From a virus (lineage: Duplodnaviria; Caudoviricetes), in IMG/VR virus record IMGVR_UViG_3300011442_000003, positions 1 to 62,560 of that record: a stretch of 62,560 bases of DNA; one strand, given 5' to 3'. The stretch's first letter is position 1. The number at the start of each line of letters is the position of its first letter. Position numbers and translations under genes: made by a program. Under the pieces are notes generated by a model. The model did not search any database, was not told where the DNA came from, and saw nothing but the letters and a program-made list of their open reading frames with translations. Shown piece by piece: positions 47,266-56,709 of this stretch.

Positions 47266-47618
47266 CAGGCACCTCCAGTGATCATCTTGGCCGTGAAGGT
47301 ACTCAGCATCGCCGCAGCGCGCTGATCCTCGACGCCTTCGATGTCGAACGCCTGCAACATGCCTGCAGTATAGATCACCAGAGCCGGGACGTATTGCTGT
47401 TCCAGATAGATAAACGTGCCCGCGTCGGCGGCAGGATCGTACTGGGGGATGTTGTCGAGGACGCCCCGGAACATGTCAGGCCGCAGCCGACGGGCTTCCA
47501 GCATGCCCATGTTGAGCGACTGGTAGACCTTGGTGTCGGGCCACCGCTCGCCGCTGTCATCCTGAAGGATGCCCCGGATCTGGGTGACCACGTCACCTAC
47601 AGTTAAATAACCGGCCAC
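47265..47618 (-). CDS. Head-tail connector-like protein
   Basis: ILQD...RW...LN-x-G-x-x-E-x-x-RLRPD...ALV-x-Y. Confidence 0.6.
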   Translation of the reverse strand: MAGYLTVGDVVTQIRGILQDDSGERWPDTKVYQSLNMGMLEARRLRPDMFRGVLDNIPQYDPAADAGTFIYLEQQYVPALVIYTAGMLQAFDIEGVEDQRAAAMLSTFTAKMITGGA

Positions 47619-47717
47619 CGCGCCCTCCCGATCTGGCTTGCGCTAACACAAGCATGTGGCCGAAGTTACCACGAAGGTAACCCCGACCACACACCCGTGA
47701 AACCCAGCAGTGAGAGG

Positions 47718-48830
47718 TCAGCCGGGAATGACGATAGCCTGCGACAGCGCCTTGCCGTCGATCACCTTGTAGCCGTACACCTGCAGGCCACGGAACAACT
47801 GACCGAAGGTCCGCTCGGAGCGGAGCGTCTCGACGTTGGTCATCTGCGACGCGAACGTCAGGCCGTGCGCGTGACCGGCGTAGATCACCCACTCGGTGGC
47901 AGCGAGGCCCGCAGCGGTCCCGTGCGGCAGCAGGTTGGACGTGTAGACCATGAAGCGGTCGACCATGCCCAACTGGCCGTTGCGCAGCATCGAGACGCTG
48001 TCACCGGACAGGTACGCCTGCCGCAGTTCCGACTTCTTGACCATGGCCGAGGCCCACGCGGGCATCACGATCCAGCGGCCATCTTCGGGGATGTTCTGCT
48101 CGTCGAGCGCCTGCCCCAGCCGCATCATGATTTCGAGGATCGTGACGGTGCCCGCGACGACCGGATTGGCGAGGTTCGCCACGGCGGTGAGGGGGGTGCC
48201 CGTCACGCCGAGGTTGACCACCGCAGAAATCGCGCCAGCAGTGAGGCCCCGGTTCAGCGCCGAGGACTGGTTGATGATGCCCAGCAACACGTCGGTGTCG
48301 ATGGTGATCTTCATCTGCTGCGCGGCGTCGTCCGACCAGATCGACATCAGGTTGATGTCGGACTGGACCTTCATGATGTCGTCGAGGATCGTGTTGAAGT
48401 ACTTAGCCTTGTCGATGCTGAGATCGACGATGTTCGACGCAGGCCGGTCGACGCTGAGGTCGCCACCGACGAGATAGTCGCGGATCGCGATGGTCGGCTT
48501 GGTGCGAATGTGGACCTTGTCGCCTTGACCCGAGATCTCGCCCTCGTAGGCGGTGTTCGAAATCGCCGCGAGGACCGTGGCAGCGTAGAACTTCTCGATC
48601 AGCTTGCCCGACCAGATCTCGGGAATGAACGTGCCCGAGTAGGCAGGCGCAGGCTGCAGCGAGCCCACCGGGTAGATCGGCGGGGTGGTGCCAGCACCGG
48701 CATTGCCGACGATGAAGGCGGTGCTGCTCGAAAGCTCGACCTTGTGGTTGAGCGCGAGGCCGGGATCGATCTCGCCAAAAGTCGCGACCGCAGGGTCGAG
48801 CTTGGCGAGCGGGATGAACGGACGAGGCAT
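47718..48830 (-). CDS. Major capsid protein
   Basis: FIPEIWSGKLIEKFY...ISNTAYEGEI...GDKVHIR...RGLQVYGYKV; GGAGAG SD. Confidence 0.9.
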   Translation of the reverse strand: MPRPFIPLAKLDPAVATFGEIDPGLALNHKVELSSSTAFIVGNAGAGTTPPIYPVGSLQPAPAYSGTFIPEIWSGKLIEKFYAATVLAAISNTAYEGEISGQGDKVHIRTKPTIAIRDYLVGGDLSVDRPASNIVDLSIDKAKYFNTILDDIMKVQSDINLMSIWSDDAAQQMKITIDTDVLLGIINQSSALNRGLTAGAISAVVNLGVTGTPLTAVANLANPVVAGTVTILEIMMRLGQALDEQNIPEDGRWIVMPAWASAMVKKSELRQAYLSGDSVSMLRNGQLGMVDRFMVYTSNLLPHGTAAGLAATEWVIYAGHAHGLTFASQMTNVETLRSERTFGQLFRGLQVYGYKVIDGKALSQAIVIPG

Positions 48831-48877
48831 GGCTATCTCTCCCTGCACGCCACGTGGTCACGGGCGCGCGTGCTGCA

Positions 48878-50116
48878 TTAGTCGATGACCCTCCCTTCCA
48901 GTTGTGCAGCGAAAAGATCCGCCTCGATGGCGTCCTTCTCGGCCTGCTTCCCGCGATAGTAGCCACGGTTAGCCTGCGCGTAGAACTGGGCGATCTGGGC
49001 CTTAGTCCATGTGGATTTTTGCTCGACAGGGCCACCAATGGTTGGCGCTGCAGTAGCTGCCCTCCCCGGTGCTGCAAGGCTGACCAGCGGTATCCGGTTG
49101 CTCGGGGCCGGGGTTGTAGGAACCACGGCGGGAACTCCCGGTTGCGGCTGACCGCCCTGAGGACGCTGGGAGGCGTCGCCTGAGGCGAGATAGCTGTTGA
49201 AGATCGCCAGCACTCTGGAGGGCTCGCGGCGCTCCCATGCTTGCGTCAACAACTGCTGACGATTAACACCACTCACGGGGTCGGGCAAGGCCAACCACGC
49301 AAGCAAGGTGGGGTCGGAGTTCAACTCGACGAAGTTGGGCACGTGCCCAACCATGAAGTCGATCATGCCCTGAAGCTTCTGGGCGTCGGCGTCGGCACCC
49401 ATCTGGTTGACCCGCTGGGCGACCGTGCCCAAGCCCTGCTGAACCAGCACCTCGGCCTCGGCACGCGCGGCACGCCGGATGATGTCGACCAGTTCCGGCC
49501 CGAACGCATCGACCTCCTCCTGCGTCAGAGCACCAGCAACAAGCGGTGGCGTGACACCGCTGGTACCCGGCGCATGGCTGACCGGTAGCGGCTGGGCAGG
49601 CACGATGGCGCGCTGCAGGTTAGTGTTCTCGCTGACCAACCTGCGGATCTCGGTCGACATCGCGTCGATCTGGTTATGCAACTTCGGGAACTGCCCGTCG
49701 TAGCGCCCCTTCAGCGACTTGTAGGCATGCTCCCACTTCGCCTCCTCGGACCCCGGCGGCGCGCTGGTGACAGGCGGCTCGGGGTTCAGGTTCTCGGGCG
49801 GCGCGGTGGGATCTGGAGGTGTCGCAGGAGGTGTCTCGGGGGGAGGCGCAGGCGGCGCGGGTGGCGTCTGCGTCGGGTCGGCCACACCCTTCGTCAGGTC
49901 GCTGGTGGGCCGCATGTCGTGCTTGATCGCGGCCTGTGGCGGTGGCGGCGCGTTGGGATCACCGCGCAGGCGAGCCTGCTCCTCGGCAATCAATCGATCA
50001 GCGCGCGAGATCGTCGCCTGCACGCTGGGGGGTATCACGTTGGGCTGGGCAGCTACTGTACCGGGTGGCGGTGGCGTCGGCGCGGCGGGTGATGCGGCGC
50101 TTGGGGCCTGTGCCAT
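48878..50116 (-). CDS. Capsid scaffolding protein
   Basis: Pro-rich N-terminus, WEHAYKSLKGRYD coiled coil, C-terminal EADLFAAQLEGRVID; directly upstream of the capsid gene. Confidence 0.75.
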   Translation of the reverse strand: MAQAPSAASPAAPTPPPPGTVAAQPNVIPPSVQATISRADRLIAEEQARLRGDPNAPPPPQAAIKHDMRPTSDLTKGVADPTQTPPAPPAPPPETPPATPPDPTAPPENLNPEPPVTSAPPGSEEAKWEHAYKSLKGRYDGQFPKLHNQIDAMSTEIRRLVSENTNLQRAIVPAQPLPVSHAPGTSGVTPPLVAGALTQEEVDAFGPELVDIIRRAARAEAEVLVQQGLGTVAQRVNQMGADADAQKLQGMIDFMVGHVPNFVELNSDPTLLAWLALPDPVSGVNRQQLLTQAWERREPSRVLAIFNSYLASGDASQRPQGGQPQPGVPAVVPTTPAPSNRIPLVSLAAPGRAATAAPTIGGPVEQKSTWTKAQIAQFYAQANRGYYRGKQAEKDAIEADLFAAQLEGRVID

Positions 50117-50118
50117 GT

Positions 50119-50364
50119 TTACTTCCTCTCCTTGATCTGGCGGGCCTTATCGGCGCAGTTATTGAAGATCTCCGCGATCTCGTTGGCGTCCTGTGCCCGG
50201 CCTTGCGCTTGCAAAATCTGATCCTGCGAAGCGGAGACTAGGGACATCACGCGACGAGCGGCGAACTCACTAAAAGCGACACGAAAGGCATCCCACAATT
50301 CCGGGGGCGTGTGCGCCCGAAGGTCGTTGGCTGCCAGTGCTAGTTTAGACGTTTGGTCGTTCAC
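50119..50364 (-). CDS. Hypothetical protein
   Basis: GTG start after GAGGT; ILQAQGRAQ motif. Confidence 0.55.
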   Translation of the reverse strand: MNDQTSKLALAANDLRAHTPPELWDAFRVAFSEFAARRVMSLVSASQDQILQAQGRAQDANEIAEIFNNCADKARQIKERK

Positions 50365-50371
50365 CCCGCTG

Positions 50372-50596
50372 TCATACCTCGGGTTCTGCCATGTGTTCAA
50401 TATCGGCGTAGCTGCCCGGCGCTTTCGTGCCGCTCGGCGTGAACTTGGCATAGTCGCCCATGTCGGCCCCACCGGGGATCTGCGACAGCGCCCGCAGCGC
50501 ACCGCGCCCCGGCAACATCTGCGAGCCCTTGCCGGGATGCTGGAACACCGGGGTCTTGCCGAACGTGAGGGGCTTCGCGCCCTTGACCGGCTTCAT
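50372..50596 (-). CDS. Small basic protein
   Basis: GAGG SD. Confidence 0.55.
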   Translation of the reverse strand: MKPVKGAKPLTFGKTPVFQHPGKGSQMLPGRGALRALSQIPGGADMGDYAKFTPSGTKAPGSYADIEHMAEPEV

Positions 50597-50757
50597 CCGA
50601 ACGTCCTCTTGATCTTGGGCGCACCTGCGATCCTCGGCTGCTTGAGCTTCAGCATCGCGTTGGTGTTCTTCATCAGGTTGGTGGCGCGCGGCACAGGCAC
50701 AGGGTTAACGTTCTGCACCGACTTGGTGACGCGCAGGGGCCGCATGCCCTTAGCCAT
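50593..50757 (-). CDS. Small basic protein (54 aa), not in the ORF track
   Basis: MAKGMRPLRVTKSVQNVNPVPVPRATNLMKNTNAMLKLKQPRIAGAPKIKRTFG; GGAGG SD. Confidence 0.55.
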   Translation of the reverse strand: MAKGMRPLRVTKSVQNVNPVPVPRATNLMKNTNAMLKLKQPRIAGAPKIKRTFG

Positions 50758-50766
50758 GGATCCCTC

Positions 50767-50988
50767 CTAGTGATGCCAGCCGGTCTTGATCACCTTGTGC
50801 GCGTGGTGCTTGCAGCCCGGCACGAGGCCGCCCTTGCCGTAGGACAAGTGCTCACGACGCTCACTGTCGCTCTCGAACGGCGATGCTGTCTCGTTCATTG
50901 TCGTGCCAATCGCCGTGCTTTCATCTTGCTGCCGCTTGCGAATAGCCTCCGAACCAAACTTCTTGGTTACTGGCTTATAGTCGGCCAT
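50767..50988 (-). CDS. Small protein with YGKGGLV motif
   Basis: GGAGAG SD. Confidence 0.6.
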   Translation of the reverse strand: MADYKPVTKKFGSEAIRKRQQDESTAIGTTMNETASPFESDSERREHLSYGKGGLVPGCKHHAHKVIKTGWHH

Positions 50989-51019
50989 GGATCTCTCCTA
51001 TGTTACCAGTGTGGTAACC

Positions 51020-51355
51020 CTAGTAGGCGGTGGACTTGCCCGGTCGTGCGGGCACGCTGCCCCGGTTCGACATCATCGGGTGCGAGCCGCCTGAGGCGAA
51101 CTTGCCGCCGTCGCCCGAGCGCGCCACGACCGTGGTGTTGGGCGTCTGAGGGCCAGCCGACGCAGTGGACTGCGGGTTGAACGCGCCGGGTCCGCCGCCC
51201 TTGGCGAACTTGTCGCTGCCACCGCCGCCCTCGCGCGACGCAACCGCTGCGTTGGGCTTGGCGTGATTTGCCGACGCCGTCGTCTGCGGGTTGAAGCTGC
51301 CGGGGCCGCCGCCCTTGGCGAACGTGGGAGCCGACTTCGATACGACCTTTGCCAT
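51020..51355 (-). CDS. Small Gly-rich basic protein with FAKGG repeats
   Basis: FAKGGGPG(S/A)FNPQ(T/S)TASA twice plus FASGG; GGAG SD. Confidence 0.65.
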   Translation of the reverse strand: MAKVVSKSAPTFAKGGGPGSFNPQTTASANHAKPNAAVASREGGGGSDKFAKGGGPGAFNPQSTASAGPQTPNTTVVARSGDGGKFASGGSHPMMSNRGSVPARPGKSTAY

Positions 51356-51364
51356 GGTTATCTC

Positions 51365-53641
51365 CTATCCGACGCCGCCTGCAATGATGCCCGGTCGGCG
51401 CGCCTGCAGGTTGGTACGCGGCCCCATGTCCTGTGTCACGCCCGGTCCCTGCCCACCTTGAGCTTGACCGGCCCCTTTCGCAATACCCGGCGGGCCGCCC
51501 GGCGCACCCGGCGGGCCGCCCGGTGGCACGCCCGGTCCGCCTGCTCCCGGCGGTCCTCCACCCGGCGGTCCTCCACCCGGCCCACCCGGTGGTCCCCCTA
51601 GTGACGCCTGCATGTCCTGCGCGGCCTTCTCGGCCTTCTGCTGCGCGGTAATCTGCTCGTCGGTGGGCACGATCTCGCCCGGCAGGCCCAACCCCTCGGA
51701 CACCGCGCGCAGCACCTTGGCGCGTCCCTTGACGCCCATGATCTGAGCATCCATCGGGTTGGCCGTGATCTGCAAGAACTCAAGCTGGCGCGACCGCTGG
51801 GTCTCACGTTGGACAGCGACCGCGACACCCTTGACGACGACGCTCTCCTCGCCTGTGAGCAAACCCGTCTCGTCGGTGAGCAAGACCATATCCACGACAG
51901 CGGTCAGCGCCGGATCCATCACCTCGCGGTCGACGTTGGCTGCAACCGTCTGGAGGATCTTGGACGCATTTCCCATGAGCATCGCCAAGCCAGACGCCGT
52001 TCGACCAGCGCCGCCGCCCGGAGAGTTACCCTGAAGGTAACGCGGGATGGCAGACTGATCGTCGGCCATCGCACCGAGGGCTGTGTAGACGCTTAACAAC
52101 TCCTGTGCGTTCGACTGCGGCTGGAAGAAGTCAATCGGCTTCTGCGTCGAGTTAGAATTGGTCGGGTCCTCGGAGACGTGCCAGCGTTTCCAAGGGTATA
52201 TATCTTCACCCGTCTCGCCCCCTGCCAACCGATCATCGTTGACGACGACCTGAGGCCCCGACGCGATGCTGAGATTGTTCATCAACGCGCGCAGCGTCCC
52301 GTTCGAAGTCTCTTGGATGTCGTTCAGGATGTCGGGGAGGGCGTTGCCAACCGGCGTGCCGGGGACTTTTTCGAAGCTGGTCAGGTAGTAGGGGGGCCGA
52401 CGGCGCGGCGACGGCGAGAGTTGTGCCTTGATCAGATGCGGCCCGATCATCCATGCTTCGACGGCGTAGTCACGCATCTCGTCGGGGATCTGTAACTCGG
52501 TAAAACCTAAATCCTTGAGCAGCAGCCCCTGCACGTTGCCGTGGAACTCGTAGCAGGTGATCATCAACGAGCGGTTCCAGAGAGGGTTCTCCCGGCTCTC
52601 CAGCGACGCCCGAGGACTGTCGGTGCGATCCCAAGTATCCACGAAGCCCGACGCGCCATAGTCCTGAAGGACTTTGCGAATGGCTTCGTGATTGAACCCC
52701 GGCAGATCCAGAAGATCGTTGATCTCGGCGCGCGTGAACCTCAGGCGCTCGACGAACGAAGCATTAGCCGTGTCGGCCACGCCCGGCGTCATCCAGATGT
52801 CGAACGGGGAAACTCGCGCCCACATCAGGCGAGGGATCTGGTTCTGTATCGGCTGGCCGTCCTGCCAGTCGATCTCGGTGGCGATCTTGACGACAGGTCC
52901 CTTGATGCACGCGAACGGGAACAGCGGTAGGTCGACAAGGAACTCGGCTAGGGCATCGTAGAAGCCGCCCTCGCGCAAGAGGGTCTCGATCTTGCTCTCG
53001 GCAATCTTGGCTTGGTCGCCCGCCTTCACCATGGCGGCGTCGCGCGCCGCGAGCATCAGTTGTTTGGTGCGGTCGCGAATGTCCTCGGGCTTGAGCGCCG
53101 CGATGGGCTCGCCATCGGGGCCGGGCTTGCCCACGTTGGACATCACGTTCATGACCTCGGTGTGGACCTTCTCGACGATGGCCTGCAGCATCTCAGGCTC
53201 GATCTCGGGCTCGGCGGGCGGTGCCAGACCCCAAGGCCGGTCAGCGCCAAGGTACACGTCGCGCAAGAGCGAACTTGCGCCACGGCACTTCACAGCGATC
53301 ACGCGGGCGTAGACCTCGGACCCGCCGAACTTCCTGATCTCGGCCAGCTTGGACGGCTCGTACTGACCGTTGAAGGTGCGCAGCGCGGAGAGCAACCGCT
53401 CGGTCCAGCCGTAGGCGCTGTCCCGGTGGATCCGCATGATCTCCCACTGCTGGCGGATGTAACCAGTGAGACCCGTCTCGACGCTTGCGGTTATCGGCTG
53501 CGACTGAGCGGCGGCGTAGGCCGCGTCCGCAGCCTGACGATGTTGGTCGACCTCGGCATTGCTCTGGAAATTAAACCCGGCACGCTGGGGGAACCCTGCA
53601 CTGGCGCTAGCACCGGCAGGCGAGAGGTTCACAGCAGGCAT
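51365..53641 (-). CDS. Portal protein
   Basis: 758 aa upstream of scaffold and capsid; ACIKGPV, VSPFDIW, LRALMNNLSIASGPQV, GRTASGLAMLM; Gly/Pro C-tail. Confidence 0.85.
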   Translation of the reverse strand: MPAVNLSPAGASASAGFPQRAGFNFQSNAEVDQHRQAADAAYAAAQSQPITASVETGLTGYIRQQWEIMRIHRDSAYGWTERLLSALRTFNGQYEPSKLAEIRKFGGSEVYARVIAVKCRGASSLLRDVYLGADRPWGLAPPAEPEIEPEMLQAIVEKVHTEVMNVMSNVGKPGPDGEPIAALKPEDIRDRTKQLMLAARDAAMVKAGDQAKIAESKIETLLREGGFYDALAEFLVDLPLFPFACIKGPVVKIATEIDWQDGQPIQNQIPRLMWARVSPFDIWMTPGVADTANASFVERLRFTRAEINDLLDLPGFNHEAIRKVLQDYGASGFVDTWDRTDSPRASLESRENPLWNRSLMITCYEFHGNVQGLLLKDLGFTELQIPDEMRDYAVEAWMIGPHLIKAQLSPSPRRRPPYYLTSFEKVPGTPVGNALPDILNDIQETSNGTLRALMNNLSIASGPQVVVNDDRLAGGETGEDIYPWKRWHVSEDPTNSNSTQKPIDFFQPQSNAQELLSVYTALGAMADDQSAIPRYLQGNSPGGGAGRTASGLAMLMGNASKILQTVAANVDREVMDPALTAVVDMVLLTDETGLLTGEESVVVKGVAVAVQRETQRSRQLEFLQITANPMDAQIMGVKGRAKVLRAVSEGLGLPGEIVPTDEQITAQQKAEKAAQDMQASLGGPPGGPGGGPPGGGPPGAGGPGVPPGGPPGAPGGPPGIAKGAGQAQGGQGPGVTQDMGPRTNLQARRPGIIAGGVG

Positions 53642-53738
53642 GGGAGTGTGACCATTCGAACGCGCCTCGACGTGCGGCGGGGGCTGGGCGTAAGCTGCAC
53701 CCTAACCGTAACCATCACGAAAAACAACGGGTACGCAA

Positions 53739-54266
53739 ATGGCTGTGCCGATCAATCCGGTTGCCACGCTAGGGCTTGACGAAGCGAAGCTCCAACGTCT
53801 GGCGACCGAACTCGCCCGCGAGATGTACGAGCCGCGAGACATCCTCAAGATGTTTGGGCTCAGCACCGACGAAGTGGGCGAGCTACTCGAAAAGAGCGTG
53901 ACGTTCCAAACGATGTACCGCGAGGCTTACCAGCTTTGGCACTCGTCGGGGGGCACCCGTGATCGTATCGAGGCGAAGGCACTGATCGTGTACGAGCAGT
54001 CACTGGAGCAACTGGATAAGGACCTTCACGACACGAGCCATCCGCTCTCGGCACGCGTCGACCTCGCCAAGCACCTCGCGGCGACCGCCCGCCTCGTCCA
54101 GAAGGACGGCGCTGGTCAGGCCCAGATTGGCGACAAGGTCGTGCTGAATATCTACTTCAAGGGACAGCCGCTCCAACTCGCCAAGGAGATCTCAGTCGTG
54201 GGAACTCCCAAGTTCGAACCCCCTGATGTGGATACATCACCAGTTACCACCGTGGTAAGTCCGTGA
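53739..54266 (+). CDS. Putative terminase small subunit
   Basis: Helical HTH-like N-terminus; directly upstream of the large terminase. Confidence 0.55.
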   Translation: MAVPINPVATLGLDEAKLQRLATELAREMYEPRDILKMFGLSTDEVGELLEKSVTFQTMYREAYQLWHSSGGTRDRIEAKALIVYEQSLEQLDKDLHDTSHPLSARVDLAKHLAATARLVQKDGAGQAQIGDKVVLNIYFKGQPLQLAKEISVVGTPKFEPPDVDTSPVTTVVSP

Positions 54267-54276
54267 TCACCCTGAC

Positions 54277-55719
54277 ATGAGTACCCAGACCCTCGACTAT
54301 GTGCCCCCCGACACCCTTGAGCAGTTCATGCTCTCGGAGGCGTTCTTCAGGATCGCGGCGGGGCCTGTTGGATCGGGCAAGACGACTTCGTGCATTTTTG
54401 AACTCCTGCGAAGGAGTATGCAACAAGCTCAAGCACCCGACGGGTTTAGATACACACGCTGGGCCATCGTTCGCCAGACCCTCCAACAACTCAAGACCAC
54501 CGTCCTCAGGGACATCATGCAGTGGCTGCCCGGCATCGCCCAATGGCGTGTGTCAGAGAGCACGATCTACATACGAATTGGAGACGTGATCAGCGAGTGG
54601 ATCCTGATCCCCCTTGAAGATCCTGAGGACCAACGTCGTCTGCTCTCGATGAACCTGACCGGCGCGTGGATCTCGGAAGGCATCGAGATCGACGCCGAAC
54701 TGATCCCTCCCCTGCAAGGCCGTATCGGAAGATTTCCCTACGGCACGTTTGGCGTGCCAACGTGGTCGGGAATTATCTGCGACACCAACATGCCGCCCGA
54801 GGGCTCGCCATGGCATGCGATCATGAGCCAGCCGGGGGGAGACACTCAGGTGTTTATTCAGCCGTCGGGGCTCTCAGCGCACGCCGAGAACCTCCCCTAC
54901 TTGCTGCAGACAGCCGACACGATTGACCTAGCCATCGACCATCCGCTGCGCATCGCCCAAGGTCGAAAGTATTACGAACGGCTGGCCCGCAACCAGAACG
55001 AGGCATGGGTCACGAGGTACGTGCGCGCCGAGTATGGCCCCGACCCATCGGGCACAGCGGTGTATAGCTCCACCTTCAGGCCGACGTTTCACGTGGTGGA
55101 CAACCTTGAGCCAACGCCCGGTGGCCTGATCCTTATAGGCCAAGACTTCGGACGTGACCCGTGCTCGATGATCACCCAGATGGATTATCAGGGAAGATTG
55201 CTGGTGCTCGACGAAGTGCCCGCCGACGACATCGGTCTCGATCTCCATTGCCGGATGTTCCTTAAACCGAAGCTGCTTGACCTGAGGTATCTAGGTCGGC
55301 CTGTCGCGGTGATTGGCGACCCGTCGGGCATAGCAAAAAGCTCGGTGTTCGAACATACCAGCTTTGACGTGTTAAAGCAGCATGGCTTCGTGGCTTACCC
55401 TGCGCCGACCAACGACCTCGACCCGCGAATTAGATCCCTTGAAGGTTTCTTCCTAGGGTCCATCGGCGCGGGGCCAGCGATCATGATCGACCGTTCACGG
55501 TGCCCAACCCTGCTACGGGCGCTCAACGGTGGTTACCGCTTCGCAATGAACGCCCGTGGAGAAGCCAACCCTACGCCGGTCAAGAACAACCACTCCCACA
55601 TTGTCGAGGCCCTGCAGTATGCGGCCCTCGTCGCCGGGTCGGGTGCCATTGCCTACATCGGGAAACGCTTCAACCGGCCCCAGCGCAAGCCCGCGCCGTC
55701 GCCAGCAGGATGGACCTAG
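54277..55719 (+). CDS. terL: Terminase large subunit
   Basis: GPVGSGKTT Walker A, WAIVRQT, LTGAWISE Walker B, DTNMP, nuclease IGQDFG, GDPSG, SHIVEALQY. Confidence 0.92.
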   Translation: MSTQTLDYVPPDTLEQFMLSEAFFRIAAGPVGSGKTTSCIFELLRRSMQQAQAPDGFRYTRWAIVRQTLQQLKTTVLRDIMQWLPGIAQWRVSESTIYIRIGDVISEWILIPLEDPEDQRRLLSMNLTGAWISEGIEIDAELIPPLQGRIGRFPYGTFGVPTWSGIICDTNMPPEGSPWHAIMSQPGGDTQVFIQPSGLSAHAENLPYLLQTADTIDLAIDHPLRIAQGRKYYERLARNQNEAWVTRYVRAEYGPDPSGTAVYSSTFRPTFHVVDNLEPTPGGLILIGQDFGRDPCSMITQMDYQGRLLVLDEVPADDIGLDLHCRMFLKPKLLDLRYLGRPVAVIGDPSGIAKSSVFEHTSFDVLKQHGFVAYPAPTNDLDPRIRSLEGFFLGSIGAGPAIMIDRSRCPTLLRALNGGYRFAMNARGEANPTPVKNNHSHIVEALQYAALVAGSGAIAYIGKRFNRPQRKPAPSPAGWT

Positions 55720-55726
55720 CTAGGCC

Positions 55727-56059
55727 CTAAATCTTGGGCGCAGCGGTCGGCGGCGGCACGGGGAGAGGCATCGGGATGGTGGTCGCCGGGACGGTCGCCC
55801 AGTGCCACTTGCCGTCGGGCGTGCGTGCCAGCACGAGGGTCGATCCCGCCGGGACCATCGGCGGCGGGTTGGTCGGCAGGCTGTTGTCGGGGATACCCGG
55901 CAGGTGCGGCAGTTCGTGGCCGGGGTGCGGCATGCCGGGATGACCGCCACCGTAGCCCGGATCGACCGGGCCTGCACCGTTGCCGAAGCCGGGATCGAGC
56001 GGGTTGACGGGCTGGATAAACACGAGGCTGCCACCGAGGTGATGGATGCGAGCAAGCAT
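55727..56059 (-). CDS. Pro/Gly/His-rich protein
   Basis: (L/V)DPG(F/Y)G repeats, HPGMPHPGHELP; GGAG SD. Confidence 0.6.
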   Translation of the reverse strand: MLARIHHLGGSLVFIQPVNPLDPGFGNGAGPVDPGYGGGHPGMPHPGHELPHLPGIPDNSLPTNPPPMVPAGSTLVLARTPDGKWHWATVPATTIPMPLPVPPPTAAPKI

Positions 56060-56123
56060 GGGACTTCTCCGTTGGTTAGAGGGCCGGGTAGCGCGCCCCC
56101 CATAGCACACAACGCGTGACGCT

Positions 56124-56426
56124 TCAGCGACGTTTCCCCGCCAAAATCTCAGACACCCGCCCGGTGTTGAGGTTCATCTTGTCGGCAATCGTCTGGTTGG
56201 TGATGCGCCGGTCACGATGGAACATCCTGATGACCTGTTGGCGCACCCGAGGCGTCACGGTTTGAGCCACCACGGCACCCATCTTGACGGGACGCCGATT
56301 ACGAAGCTCGCTCTTGAGGAGGCGCAACGCCTTCAGGATGTCGCTGCGGGACAGGCCGTGGTTGATCTGGTCGATCAGCGTGTCGATGAACGCACGCTGC
56401 TTTTGTTTGGTGGTCGGTCGGATCAT
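56124..56426 (-). CDS. HTH DNA-binding protein
   Basis: TNQTIADKMNLNTGRVSEILAG. Confidence 0.7.
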   Translation of the reverse strand: MIRPTTKQKQRAFIDTLIDQINHGLSRSDILKALRLLKSELRNRRPVKMGAVVAQTVTPRVRQQVIRMFHRDRRITNQTIADKMNLNTGRVSEILAGKRR

Positions 56427-56443
56427 GGATCTGGATCTCTTAG

Positions 56444-56698
56444 TTACTGGTTGGGGTTGTTCTCCTCGTGCATTAGATCATGTTTTGCCGTTTCAAGCAT
56501 CCCAATAGTTTCAATACGTTTAATATCGCCCGTCTGGTACACCGCGAACGTGCGATCAGGCCGGATGGCGACCACCACGATGCCGCAGATCAGCCCCTCG
56601 GAAATATCCATCACGAGTTGGCTCGCGACCTCGACCAGACGCGTCTTGCACTCCTGTTGGACGGTCGGTCGACCGATCTCTTTAAGCACGGCGCTCAT
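56444..56698 (-). CDS. Hypothetical protein
   Basis: GAGG SD before ATG 56698. Confidence 0.55.
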   Translation of the reverse strand: MSAVLKEIGRPTVQQECKTRLVEVASQLVMDISEGLICGIVVVAIRPDRTFAVYQTGDIKRIETIGMLETAKHDLMHEENNPNQ

Positions 56699-56709
56699 AC
56701 TAACCCCCC

